From the NCBI RefSeq assembly GCF_964194155.1, contig NC_135886.1, positions 44,578,001-44,642,000 of the forward strand: a DNA stretch of 64,000 nt, read 5' to 3'. The notes beneath the pieces are model-generated. The model was not told the origin of the DNA, searched no databases, and was given only the letters and a program-made list of their open reading frames with translations. The stretch is from Cetorhinus maximus. Taxonomy: Eukaryota. Each line of letters opens with the position of its first letter. Within the stretch, counting starts at the first letter, position 1. Both the position numbers and the translations under genes were made by a program. Positions 25,604 through 38,854 of the stretch are shown here, in pieces.

Positions 25604-28600
25604 ATGGCCACGTCCAGGTCACACCGCAGGGGGTTGGCAGAGCAGGGCAGGCTGGAGGGAAGGGCAGCGGGGGGGCCAACGCACTCCTCACTTTTCCGAT
25701 GACTGTCTTGCTGCCCTCCTCGAGGAGGTGGCAGCACGGTGGGAGGTGTTGGTCCCCAGGATTCGAGGAGGAGGCCCCCCAACATGACCAAATGTGCCTG
25801 GAAGGAGGTGGAGGAGGTGGTGAGATCCCTCGATGTGGTGCATCGCACCTGGATCCAGTGCCGTAAGCACTTCAACGATTTGTTGCACTCTGGAAGGGTG
25901 AGTACCATGTTGGCATTGGGCATTTAACCCAGCAGGTAGCCTTAGCCTTTGAGGCGCCCCTCCCCAAGTCTTACTGTCATGACTGCATTGAACCATGTTG
26001 GGAATTTCTCGTATGCTGGGTGGGCAAGCAGATAGTGCCCATGCTTACATCAGCCTGAGTGGTTCATGAGGAGATGAGTTCTCCCCTGCACCATGTGTTG
26101 CTCTTAGTCGCACATGACTAGTCTCGTGGCAACCTGCAGGAGATGCAGCTAGATGCATAATCAGAACTCCAACACATGTCCTATTCATGGTGATGAGATG
26201 GTGGAAGGGGAGCCTCAAGGTGTCGTGGCCAAGAACCATCTGCTGCCCTCGACGCTGCACGTAGTTGACCCTCCTTGCTATGGGAGCAAAGGCTGTGTGT
26301 TTCTTAAAGTGATGGATGCAGAATGTGTCCAAGGTGGCTGTTGGGGGGTGCTGGGAGCAGGCATACTATCTTTGTGTGACGGATCAGCATTAGCGGGGAG
26401 AGGAGGCACTGGAGGCCTGATATGGGCCACTGTGGTTGGGGTGTGGCGTGCGCATGCAGAGTACATGTACAAATTTCCGCAATGAATGGTCTTCTCTGTT
26501 TCTCAGGAGAAGAATGCTCATAATGCGTCTGAGCGTTCGAGAACTGGAGGCGGCCAGGCTCACCTCATGATGTTAAGCTGCTTTGAACAGGAAGCCTTAG
26601 AGCTTGAGAGGTGCCATGCGCCCAGGTCAACTGGTGTTGGTGAGGCTGGGGTGGAACGGCCAGGTATTTGAGGCCAACTGTGAGATCCACAATGTCCTTC
26701 CAACATCCATAGCACTGATGATTGTTTAATTTGTTATTGTTGCAACATTGCTCGGTCACAGAGTGATAGAGTCAGAGGTGTGGGTCATAGAAAAAGGTCC
26801 TACGACCCTTCGAGGATGCGTGTGTCAAACACCTTCCTAAGTCTCCTAATCCCATTTCCCAGCACTACACCCTTGTATGCCATGGCATCGCAACTGCACA
26901 TCCAAATACTTATTACATGTTAGGAGGGTTTCTGTGTCCACCACCCTTTCAGGCAGTGCGTCCCACATTCCCAACACACTCTGTGTGCAAAAGTTGCTCA
27001 TCACATCACCTGTCAACCTCATGCCCCTTACGTTAAATCAAAGCCACCTGGTTACTCATCCCTCCGTCAAGGGGAAAAGTTCCTTTCTGTTGACCCTATC
27101 TATGCCCCTCATAATGTTATAAACCTATGCCCCTCAATAATGTCACCCCTCAATCTCCTCTGCTCCAGGGGAAATAACCCCTCATAAGTCAAACTCTCCA
27201 GCCCAGCCAGCATCCTGGTCAACGACCTCTGCACTCTCTCCACTCCAATTACATCCCTCCCCTGAAGCGCATTTCACAACTGCACGCAGAACTATAGCTG
27301 TGGCATAGGCTGCATTTTCTGCACTTGGAACATTACCTCCTTGTTCCTACATTCTATTCCTCGGCTAATAAAGGCAAGTATGGCATTTACCTTCTTAAAC
27401 ACCTTATGTATCTGTCCCGCTACCTTAAGGGACCTGTCGACATGCACAGCAAGGTCCCTCTGATCCTCCTTACTTTCCATTCAATGTGTAGTTCCATTCC
27501 TTGTTTGACCTGCCCAAGTGCATCACCTCACACTTATCTGGATTAAATTCCATTTGGCATTCCTTAGGCCATCTGACCAGCCCATCTATATCTACCTGTA
27601 ATGTAAGGCTATCCTCCTGACTATTTGCCACCACACCAATATTCGTGTCCATAGGTTCTGGAAGGTTGAGTGCATAATGAGCCAAGGGGAAAGGGATAAA
27701 GTGTGTCACTGTGTGCACGCTAACTGATCCACTGTCCTTGTTGTTCATTTCAGCATTATCAAAGCATAGTCACCAGGAGGAATTGCAGATGCCCCCTCTC
27801 ACACCTGAGGGCCCTCAACTGTCACCTGCATCACACCATTTCTGCGAGGCAGATACCAGTGCAGATACTAGCACCTCGGTGGGCATTGCAACATCGGCTA
27901 GTGTCCCGGGGCACAGTGGAGAGGGCACTTCACAATCGCTGGAGGAGCTGGCAGAGACAGAGAGTGCTGATGGCCAGCAGTTGGAGGGCTGCAAGGGACC
28001 AGACACATGCTCAGTTGGTGCGTGATGATGTGCCTCTGGAGTCGTCCGCGACGCAGCAGCTGCAGGAAATGCGGCCGGGTATGTGGGAGCATCTAGGAGT
28101 GATACATGAGGCTGTGTTTTGCTTGGTGTCCGTGGTGGAGGAGTCTACGCGGAGCATGAGTGATGGAATGAGCCTCATGGCAGAGCGTCATGCTTCCTCC
28201 ATGGAGAGAGTGGCGAGTCTCGTGGAGAGACGCCTCCAAGAGAACAATCAGGTTCTCCTGGGGTTACGCTTGGACCTGCAAGCCCTCACAGCGCCAGTGG
28301 CCACAGCTGGTCAGTGCCAGTGTGGGGGATGGTGTGGGCTTCAAGCTTCCCAACTCATTGCCCATCCATTCACGGTGAGCAGGGAGGTCCTGGGTGACAT
28401 CACGTCGGTGCAGCAGCTGCCTGTCGTTTCTGCGGGCTCCTCTCACGGCACTCCGGATGAGGGCAACAGCGGCTCCGTCCCTCTCTCAGTGACCGCTTCA
28501 TCGGTTGAGGCTGTGGTGACTGGGGAGATGCCAGCTGTGGAACTGGCAGCTCCCTCCCAGATGGGGCCAGCACAGACTCCACAGGCCAGAGGACGACCGC

Positions 28601-28716
28601 CAAGGTCATCGAGGCCAACAGGACAGCAGAGTCAGCAGGCTGTCTCAGATACCACTCCGAGCAATGGGGCAGCACCAAGACGTAGCACCTGGAAACGAAA
28701 GCATAAGGCACCTTAG
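25604..28716 (+). pseudogene. Harbinger Myb/SANT-like DNA-binding protein gene, 3 exons (25604-25897, 26507-26663, 27754-28716)
   Basis: Exon 1 reads FSDDCLAALLEEV...AWKEVEEVV...RTWIQCRKHFNDLLHSGR|gtgagt. Exon 2 reads tctcag|EKNAHN..RTGGG...CCAG|gtattt. Exon 3 follows tttcag| in matching phase 1. Frameshifts in exons 1 and 3. Confidence 0.85.
26790..27650 (-). mobile_element. CR1 LINE 3' fragment in Harbinger intron 2
   Basis: LQVDIDGLVRW..CQMEFNPDKCEVMHLGR; NAILAFISRGIE. Confidence 0.85.
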
Positions 28717-29033
28717 GCACACCACGGGTTTCTCACTTTTGTGTTGGCCCGAGATTAGGTACATATAATTTTTTCTCTTTGATTAGTGTTTTGTTTTGGA
28801 TTTGTGAGAACTTCTGATGGTTAAAATAAAAACTAGAAGTGTTACTATGGCTGAGGGTGGCTCCTTTGTTCTGCATTTATATGTTTAAGATAAATGTCAT
28901 GAGTGTTTGTTTGGAAATTCAAGTTTATGTCCAAAGCCCTTAGTTGCAGCTGATGAAGTGGCAGATGTAGCACTTCGGTGCCGAGTATGGATGCGCCAGG
29001 CAAGCCTGCTCCTGCTGATCCATTTGTGTTGTG

Positions 29034-30258
29034 CTAGCTGAAGGTTTGTTGGATTAAAGTCTCCTGGGTGTCCCTGCCTCCTTGGTGTAGTCCTGGGTCA
29101 GCGTTTAGCCCCTCAGCATTTCCCTGTGCTTCCTCATCCTCAGAATCATTACTGGACTCATCGTGTGCAGCCACTGCCACTGCGTCGACGTCTTCATCAT
29201 CCACTGCATCCCCCCTTTCCAGTGCAAGATTGTGGAGAGTGCAGTATGCAACCACTATCACCGACACATGATCTGGGGGGGTACTGGAGTGCGCCCCGGA
29301 GGGGTCCAGGCATTGGAAGCGCATCTTGAGAAGACCGATGGCTCTCTCCACCACAGCCTTTGTGGAGGCGTGGCTCCTAATGTACCACTGCTCAGCTTCT
29401 GTTCTTGGATGGTGGAGAGGCGTCATGAACCACCTTCTGAGGGGATAGCCCTTGTCACCCAGCAGCCAACCATCCAGCAGGGCTGGAGCACTGAAGAGCC
29501 CCGGCACCTGGGAGTGTCTGAGGATGTAGGCGTCACAGGAGCTGCCTGGGTACCTTGCACAGACTTGTAGAATCAGCATCCTGTGATCACACACTATCTG
29601 CACGTTCATGGAGTGGAAGCCCTTCCTGTTGACGAAGGCACCGGGCTCACCTGCTGGCGCCTTGATGGCCACATGTGTACAGTCTATTGCACCCTGGACG
29701 TGGGGGAAGCCAGCAATGGCCGCGAAGCCTCTGGCTCACTGTGCCTGACTTGCCTGGTCCCAGTGGGAGTGGATGAATGTCAATGCACGCCTGAACAGAG
29801 CGTCTGTAACCTGCTTGACACAAGTGTGGACAGCTGATTGGGAGACACCACAAAGATCACCCACCGAGCCCTGGAAGGAACCAGAGGCATAGAAGTTGAG
29901 AACAGCTGTGACCTTCAGAGCCACTGGTATGGGGTGTCCGCCCACACAGTTTGGAGAGATCTCAGGGCCAATCATCTGACAGATGTAGTTGACTGTTTCC
30001 CTTGTCAGTTGGAGCCTCCTTTGGCACTGTACCTCAGTCATATTGAGGTATCTGCTTCGCCGCCTGTATACCCTGGCAGCAGGATAGTGGCGTCTTCTGT
30101 GGCCCCTTCCACCTTGGACTACCTCTTGGCCCTGCGCCCCTTGTGCCTGCACCTGGCCTCCCAAAGGTGGCTTCCCTGGAGGCTGATTGTCCACTCCTGG
30201 CCTCCTCCTTATTCTAGCCCTCCCTTCCTCCTCCTCCAGTGGACATGTCAGAACCCAT
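29034..30258 (-). pseudogene. Harbinger DDE transposase (HARBI1-like), frameshifted
   Basis: Motifs [71 protein letters not shown]. ORFs 29736..30194 and 29034..29672 are in different frames; start position approximate. Confidence 0.92.
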
Positions 30259-32619
30259 ACCCAGGCTAAGGGGAGGCCTCCGGAAAGCTGCAGGCCCGAT
30301 AAAGATTACTGACTGCAGAGTGCTGACCTGCAGGTTCAAAGTACAGAGAATGCTGCTGGAATTTGTCCTGAGCTGCTACAGATCACACAGGCAAGTTTAA
30401 AACATTTCTGCAATAAATACTTCACAGACCAGATTGACGACTCCACTGAGCCCTCTTATCTTGCCTGTGGATGAGTTTTATTAAAAAGTCTTTTACCCGC
30501 CTTCCCGTTGTGCCCGTGCGCCGAGCCAAAGATCGCACAGGCACCTGAAAATCGCCATTGATTGATGAATTAAGGGCCTTAACTAGCCCGTTAATTAATG
30601 GCGGGCACGCGTCGAACTTCATCGCGTGCCTGCCCAGCGAAATATCGCGATGGCACGCAGTGATGTCAGGACACTCGCCCAATCTCAACGTGCGTCATTT
30701 TACACGGGGACGTGTGGGGCCTGCCCTCTGCATGTCAAGCAAAAAATTGTGCCCATTAAGTCTCACAATTGCAATAAGGTGAGCCATTGATTACTCTGTT
30801 TTATGGTGATAGTGGTGCGGGGAGGGACACTTCCTGCTGTTTTTAATGCAGTATCCCTAATACCCGCTTGAACCACTGGACCATGAATACATGACCTTGG
30901 TTTAATTGTTTCGCTGAGGGACATCACCTCAGGTAATGCAGTCCTGCCACAATATTGCACTGGAGTATCCATCTGCTCAAGCCTTTGTGTGGTCCTTGAA
31001 TCACAACTTACAGACCCATAGGTCAGAGAATTATTAACTGAGCTAAGCTGCCACATGTAGCAGACAGTGTGTGTGGCAATGCCCATCACAATGTTATTGG
31101 ATAACAACTTTGTTATATGACTAAGAAAGGGAAGAATTAAACAAAAGAGGCGTGTTTTTAATCCTGGCTGCTTGGGAGAAACTGAGTAGGCAGATGAGGT
31201 TGGTCGGGTTACTTACCAGCTGACGTCCAGCACAAAGTTCATTGTCTTGAATTTTAACTTATACTTTTGAGCAGGCAGACATCCTGCAGTTAGCAGAGTG
31301 CCAACTCTGAATAAACAAATGGGGCCCTGAATACAATTTTAACTGGCGGCCTGAGTGATCAAGATGTTGTGGCTTTCCTGCCAGGCGAAGTTAGCGGCCA
31401 GAAGAGGCCCAAAAGGGTACATATTTTTTTTCTTTGTGGAACCAGGAGGTGAAGTGCATCTCCAGGCCCCACAAGGAAAGTTTAGGTCTCCCATGCCCTG
31501 GGTTACAACCCCCTTCCTGAATGTAGGATTAACCTGTTGCCAGCGACCATTTATTTGGATACCATTCAGCAGTCTCCTGTCATTCAAAATTCTGCTCTTG
31601 CCCTGCACCCTTACACCCCACCCACACCAACCACATCCCCCATCCCCCCCCTCTCCCCCACCCCCCCGCCCCCCCACCCCCCACCACCCACCCAGCCCTA
31701 GCCAGCCATCCCTTCCTGCCAGACCCTGGTGGCAAACTGCCCTGGTGTTTAAAGATGAGGCTTGGGAGTTAAAATTGTCCATCTCGCACACCCTCTTCCT
31801 GGCACTCCCAATTGCTTTGATTGAACATGATTTTTGTTCCTATCAGTTTTCTATTAATATCCATAATGACAGGGTCGTGTCAGGACTAAGACGGTCAAGA
31901 AAGCTGCCTGAGTGATCATTGAGAAATACTACACCCGCCTTGGCAATGACTTCCACACCAACAAAAGGGTCTGCGAGGAGATTGCCATCATCCCCAGCAA
32001 GAAACTTTCGCAACATGAGAGGTTATCAGGGTTCAGTCTTCCAGTAAGTGACGAGGTTTACTGTCTTATTCCACAGAGAGCAATAGATAAAATTACTGAG
32101 AATTTGTCACCTACGCCAGCACTAATATTGACTTAACATATGTGGAATGAGTGGGCTGGTAGGAATTTCCACCTAACTCTCAATTTGTTCAACTGTACAA
32201 TTTGTACAGTTCTAGTGCTTCAAAGGAAAACAATATCCTCGGCCTTTTCATTGAAATACTTAATGCAAAGAGGAAGCAAAAATCAAAAGATTTTGACTCA
32301 GAAAATAGCCTGGGCATGTTTCTGATCAATGTGCCCCCAAACTGAGAGCTCAAGGATCGATTGGTATGGAGCAGACATCAATGTAACTGTTTTTCTGACG
32401 ATTCAGGGAAATTGGGAGGTTTGTGGATCTGGTGTGTCGATCTCAGTGCCCAATTCTCCAATCTGTAATGTCAATGAATGAGGCACCACACTGGGAAGCA
32501 TCAGTGCTTTAATCAGTCCTGGGGTTGAATGTTATGGCTAGCTCACATGCTAATTGCGCATTAAATGAATTATGGAGCTGTTGTTAGAGCAGATGGCAGT
32601 ATTTGTTCTTCCTCCTATG

Positions 32620-33220
32620 TTTGGTGACAATGAAGGCTGTGGGCCTTGACATCAGCCAGCTGTAGTACTGAAGACTTGCTCAACAGAACTAACAACTCCC
32701 TCTTACCAAGCTGTTACAGAGCAGTTGACACTAACCACTACCCAACAATGTGGAAAACCGCCCAGGCATGGCTTATTTACAGAAAAAGGGATAAAACTAA
32801 TCTGACCCACAGCCTCCTTACGATTATCAGCCAAATGATGGAAGGGGTTATCAATGGAGAAATCAAGGGGCACCTACAAACCACTAACCATTCACTCAGT
32901 TTGAGTTCTGTCACTTTTGATTCCAAACATTGGCACAGCCTGGATCCGGGTATGAGCTTTAGAGTGGATTACCAGAGGAGAGCTGAGAGTGCCTGCTATT
33001 GAAATCAAGGCAACATCCAATCAAGTATGCTTACCAAGAAGGCTTAGCGAAGCTGAGGTCAGTGGGGGTCAAAATGATTGGACACATACCCAACATGCAA
33101 AGAAAGAAGGTTGTGGTTGTTGGATTTGCATCCCCATTGCAGGACATCATTGTAGCTGTTCACCAGGGCGTGTCCTCAGCCCTACCAGCTTCTTCATTGA
33201 TGACTTTCCCCTTGTGGTTA
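32620..33220 (+). mobile_element. Non-LTR retrotransposon RT fragment (CR1/L2 group)
   Basis: YPTMWKTAQ...SLLTIISQMMEGVIN; GLAKLRSVGV; VHQG; heavily decayed. Confidence 0.7.
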
Positions 33221-33521
33221 GCAGTGGGACTGGGTGATAATGTTTTGCTGTATTCATGGCGAATGAAGATGAGGACGTTTGGAAACCCACTCTCTATAGC
33301 ATCAAATATGACTTCCCCTAAAAAACCCACAGTCATTATTATCCTAATCCATATCATAGGTACTACTATTCTAATGAACTATATCATTACGATAGCATGT
33401 TTACTCCCAAATTTGCTTGCTGGGTGCCTCCACTGTACTAATCTGACTTGCAACATGAGTAATTTGCTCAATCAAATCATTGTGACTTACAGTGAAATAA
33501 AATCATCAAATATAAATCTGG

Positions 33522-33777
33522 TGTGGTAATTATGGTTTTGTTAAATGTTGGACTGCACCTTTAAAAATAGTCTTGTGATGTAAGATCACATGATCTGTGT
33601 AAACCAATGTGTTAGCAGCGCGGGCTACCTCCACAGTCAGTGTAGAGATAGAGATGGAGTTGAAAGCACATGTGCAGTTGCTGTTGGCTGTATTGTAAAT
33701 AAACTTAATGTTTCCACTTAGAAAGTTGCCTGCAGATCAACTCTATTACAAATAGGTGACCCATCCACACTACAATA
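33522..33777 (+). mobile_element. Solo LTR related to the adjacent Gypsy element
   Basis: Similar to the LTRs at 34704 and 37030 (aagatcacatgatctg; aatgtttccactta); 5-bp TSD TCTGG at 33517-33521 and 33778-33782. Confidence 0.88.
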
Positions 33778-34703
33778 TCTGGTAAGAGGTCTGGAGGTAC
33801 AAAGGAGATGGAAAAATTGTGGGGAGACCTGAGGCACTGAGCCTTTACATTGTCACAGGAGTTGTGGAGTTTCTCAGGGTTGGGGTTTGATGGGGAGGTG
33901 GTGGTGTGGAGAGGGGGGTTGCACAATATGGATGCATTTGCACCAATTAGCAAAGATATAAGCAAAATAAGAATCTGGAAATGAGACAGAAGTGGACCTT
34001 TTCACCTCGTTTTGCTTCCCCAGCATCAGAGGGTGTTCCAATACTGATGGACTCTCTAAGGAGTTAGTAATAGGCCTCAAGCTTGTCACCCTCACATCAG
34101 ACTTCTAAGGGAGGCCGCTAGCAAGGCAGGGAGGATGTGGAAAACATAAGTCAATTTCTTGGTGCTTGGGGTTCTTCTGCTGGTCTCTCCTGTGTGATAG
34201 CAGTGGATGTATTCCTATCCCTATTTCTAGGGGCTAATCCCTGTTAGCTACTCTGCTAACTACATATATATCCAATTCTTTTAGAGTGAGTTATTCAACA
34301 GTATTTACATTTATTCTTCCCATATATTTACCACTTTGTGGAGAAAACAAATGTCTTTTTCCTTTCTATTCTTGGATGAGTTCTGAAAAGTGGAGCCACT
34401 AAAATTGAGCCAGCCACTAAGATGGAAGTCACTAAAATGGAGTCAAAATGGAGGCAAATTTTTATAAAAGAAACAACATTTTTTAAAAAAGTGGACTGTG
34501 TGCTGAGAGCATCTTCTCACCTTATTGTCTGACACTGGATTATTTGAAAGTAAAGTGGAATGAACAGGAAGGAAGCATATTACCGTACATGGCTACATAA
34601 CAGGGCATCTCTGCAGCCTAGTGTCTCAGTGTCTCCATCTGGAGCTGTGGAGGAGAAATCCAAATACGCAACTCCTGTCTTTTTACATTTCTAAGATGTG
34701 CAT

Positions 34704-37285
34704 TGTAGTAATTATGGTTTTATTTAGTGTGTAATGTGCCTTTAAAAAAAAATACGTGTTAGGAAAGATCACATGATCTGTAGTAACCAATAGGAGAGTA
34801 GCCTGGGCAGACAGTGTAGAGATAGAGTTGCAGTTGAAATCACATGCATAGTTGCTGCTGAGTATATTGTAAATGAACTTCATGTTTCCACTTAAGAAGT
34901 GTCTGCAGTTCAACTCTATTATTAATTGTTTAACTGGGACACCCTACAACAAACTGGTGATGAGGATAAAACAGTATGGAACAGAAGAAATCATGTTAAA
35001 AAGAAACCAGCACTGTACCTCAGCCAGTGATTGTAAGTAGCAAGCTCCGTTAGAATTGAAGAGGTTATCTTCTCTAAAAATGCCACAATTTGGGAGAATT
35101 GATCATTTTGAACCAGTCACAGACGATTGGTCTCAATACATAGAATGCCTCACGTTCTTTTTTCAAGCGAATGAGATTACAGGGGAAGAAAAGAGGTGAG
35201 CGATCCTCTTGAGTATTTGTGGGAGCAAAACCTACAGTTTGATTTGAAGTTTGACGGCATCCAGTACCCCAGATTCGAAGAATTTAGATGAATGACCTCG
35301 TGAAGGGTCACTTTCAACACAAGCCCTCAGCCATGATGCAGAGGTTCAGGTTTAATTCGCAAAATAGAGCCCTGGGTGAGATAATTGCATGCTACATGGA
35401 AAATTTGAAGCGGCTAATGGAATATTGTGAGTTTGGTATGACTCTGAACGACATGCTCAGAGATCATTTAGTGTGTGGTGTGAAAGAGGACACTCTTCAG
35501 AAAAGATTATTGTCCGAAGTGAATCTGGATTTCAAGAAGGCGCTAGAGATAGCACTGGCCATGGAAAGCACATTAAGAGATTCACAAACACTTCCCAGTT
35601 CCACAGGAACTTGTTTTACTGTTAAATTTCTTAGATTCCTCAACGGTATGTGCTCGACAGATCAGAGACTGGACAGTCCTATCTCAAGTACGAGAACAAG
35701 TGTTACATGCTTGGTCACAGGAGCCCGTATCTGATGAAATAAAACTGTACTTCAATAGAAGGCATGAAATAACCAGCCAGGATGGCATCTTATTGTGGGG
35801 AGCATGAGTGCCACTTTTAGTTGAACTACACAGTGCCCATCCAGGAATTTCCCGAATGAAGACCATAGCACGCAGCTATCTATGGTGGTGATGGTGAATG
35901 GTGTGGGTGGATGGTGAAATAGAGAGTATGGTAAAGCATTGTAGCCAATGTCAGCAACTGCAAAAGTTGCCAGTGACAGCTCCGTTACACCCACGGGAGT
36001 GGCCAGGTGGACCCTGGGTGCGGTTACACATTGACTACGTTGGACCCTTCCTGGGATCAATGTTTCTGCTCATTGTCAATGCCCATTCAAAGTGGTTGGA
36101 CGTATATGAGGTGAAGTCACCAACATGGGGCGCTACAGAGTTTTGCCATTCACGGGCTACCAGATGTAATCGTTTCCGATACCAGAATGGCATATATGAG
36201 TGCTGAGTTTCAACGGTTTATCAGCCTCAACAGTATCACTCGTAAAAACTGCACCGTACCACCCTTCCTCAAACGGACTGGCCAAAAGGGCAGCTCAGTG
36301 TTCAAGACAGTCATGAAAAAGCTGACTGGCCATTCGTTAGCAACCAAGCTAGCATGCTTTCTTTGTCATTACAGGACTACCCCTCACACAACAACAGGTG
36401 TCACACCTGCGGAATTATTGTTGAACTGCCGTCTCTGGACGAGATTGAGCTTAATAATGCCGAATTTAGAGGGCAAGGTGGAAAGGAGTCAGGAAAGCCA
36501 GAAAACTAGACATGGCTGGCCTAGATGCAAGAGGAAATTTACCATGGGAGAGCCGGTATACGTGAAAAACTTCAGGGAAGGGCCAAACTGGTTACCGGGT
36601 GAAATAAGTGCAGTGACTGGACCTCTATCTAACCACATGGAGGTGGAAGGCTGGATCATCCATAAACATGTGGACCATTTAAGGAAGAGAGAGACAAATC
36701 ATCAACATATCGTTCCACCAGTGACCATGTCTGGGTTTGCATTGTCTGTTGAAGATACTCAACCCAGGACTGACATGTCTGAACTTCCTGTAAGAGTTGA
36801 GGATACAGAACTGCAAGTGCCCACTGAAGTACCTGATGTTCAGGCAACTCTGGAAAAGAAGGTTGCTGACAAAGAATCTGAAGTTGTGGAGCTGCGAGTT
36901 CCACACGTACCAGGAAAACACCTGAAAGAATGAACTTGTAAATTCCTTACTCAGTGTAAATATTATGTTGTCTTGAAAAAATATGGACTTGTAAATATAA
37001 TATGTCTACCCAAGGTAAAGGGGGAGGAATGTAGTAATTATGGTTTTATTTAGTGTGTAATGTACCTTTAAGAATAATATGTGTTAAGAAAGATCACATG
37101 ATCTGTAATAACCAATAGGAGAGTAGCCCGGGCTACCTCAGCAGACAGTGTAGACATAGAGTTGGAATTGAAAGCAGATGTGTAGTTGCTGCTGAGTATA
37201 TTGTAAATGAACTTAATGTTTCCACTTAAGAAGCGTCTTCAGTTCAACTCTATTATTAACAGTACAACTTGGCCACCCTATAACC
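34704..37285 (+). mobile_element. Gypsy LTR retrotransposon (K02A2.6/Mag-like), internally deleted
   Basis: LTRs 34704-34951 and 37030-~37285; PBS-like TGGTGATGAG at 34955; PPT AAAGGGGAGGAA before 37030. Gag from ATG 35080 (DDWSQYIE...MLRDHLVCGV); integrase (HPGISRMK, CSQCQ, RLHIDYVGPF, YRTTPHTTTGVTPAELL). No PR/RT/RH seen. Confidence 0.92.
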
Positions 37286-37334
37286 GAAAAGTGCACAAAA
37301 GTCAAGCAGTACCTAGAAAGCAATGTAGGAAAGA

Positions 37335-37705
37335 TGGTGGTGTAGTGGGAATGTCACTTGACTCATAATCTAGAGACCCAAGCTAATGTTCTGGGGTCGT
37401 GGGTTCACATGCCCCATGGAAACTAGTTGAATTTAAATTCAATTAATAAATCTGGAATTAAAAGCTAGCCTTAGTTATAGTGACCATAAAATTGATTGTC
37501 GTTAAAATCCCATCTGCTTCACTTATGTCCTTTAGGGAAGAAAATCTGCTGTTCTTATCTGGTCTGGCCTAAATGTTTCTATGGTTGACTCTTAACTGCC
37601 CTCTGAAATGGCCTAGCAACCTACTAAGTTCAAGGGGAATTAAGAATGGACAGCAAATGCTGACCCTGCCAGTGTTAACCACATCCCATGAAAGATTAAA
37701 GAAAA
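37335..37705 (+). mobile_element. tRNA-derived SINE (family A)
   Basis: A box ggtggtgtagtgg, B-box-like gggttcacatgcc, family body and A-rich end. Confidence 0.75.
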
Positions 37706-38219
37706 AAATGTCTTTCTATGTGGGCTCCAGTATGGGCAGAATGATAAAGAATAAATTCAAAAATTCATTAAAAAAACAACAGATTAGAAGAAGCATTAAA
37801 GGAATTCAATATTTGTACACTGGAGAACTTTTCTAATTTGACCTAGAGATGAACTTTGTCTGAAGCTACAGATGAGAAGAAAGTAATTCTACAATTTCAG
37901 CTGAAATGTTCACTGTGTAAGATTCATACATCATTTACACTGAGGCATGTGACACACCTTAAAATCCACAGACCCGGTTTCATGTTCAATGGGTTGAACT
38001 TTGTACAACACATGTAGTTGTTTGGCTAAGTCACGGATGGTTGGATGTCAAATTAAAGTAGAGTAACCTGAAGTAAGCTTGATGTATCTAAAGAGGATGT
38101 GCCAGTGAATCTTTCTTAAACAGTTCACTAACTTCACATAATTTGTATACAATGATCTTGTGTATGCTTTAAAAAAAAGGGGAAACCTCCGAACATAATA
38201 TGGTACAGAATATGTACAA

Positions 38220-38585
38220 CTAGGATTTGGTAGTGTATTGGTTATGTTCCTGAATTAGTAATTTAAAGGCTTCAAAGATCAATCCGGAGACGATGGGTAG
38301 ATTTTGACTTGGTGCGATAGGATAAGATGGGTGATAGTGAAGTGACAGCTGGCGATACATTTCAGATCTTTGTTTCCGTCAATGTTGATGGGTTTGAGAA
38401 TTTCAATTGAGTTTTAAGAAGAAATTGGGGAAAATGTCTGGTGTCAGTCAAAGTGAGCATTGTCAGACTGTCATAAAACATTCAATTTGTTTAGTAGGGA
38501 GGGAAACCTGTCATCCTTACTGGTTTGGCCTATTTGTGACTCTAGTCCCGCAGCGAAGAGGTTGATTCTTAACTGCCCCCTGTAG
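38220..38585 (+). mobile_element. tRNA-derived SINE (family A), degenerate
   Basis: Matches family motifs (aaacctgtcatccttactggtttggccta...gactc). Confidence 0.5.
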
Positions 38586-38854
38586 CCAACCAAAAGTAAT
38601 ATCTGTTTAAAGATATGCAAACAAAAACAATTCCTGCAAATATTATTTTCGTGCCTCTCTTTTCATTCATTCCAAGACTGCGTTGTCAAAAATCCTGCAG
38701 AGTTGGCATAATTACATCTCACAAGTTTGTTTAAAAATAAAAACTATCTTGGATAATATAAAGGAACGTATGAATATATATCTACATAATATTTTTACAT
38801 ACACATATATGTGTGTAAATATATATTTCCTGTGCAAAGCAAAGTTGTGCTATC

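Larger units (their letters stand above)
25374..30754. mobile_element. Structurally complete PIF/Harbinger DNA transposon (non-intact ORFs)
   Basis: TIRs GGGCAGAATTTT and AAAATTGTGCCC (one mismatch); ATT on both flanks (25371-25373, 30755-30757); two convergent genes. Confidence 0.92.

Noticed and set aside
29034-30258. Host HARBI1 gene
   Set aside because: Frameshifted, enclosed by TIRs and TSD, and paired with a Myb gene, so it is a transposon copy and not the domesticated gene.
31339-31915. Gly-rich and Pro-rich ORFs
   Set aside because: Produced by a C-run low-complexity tract in decayed repeat DNA.
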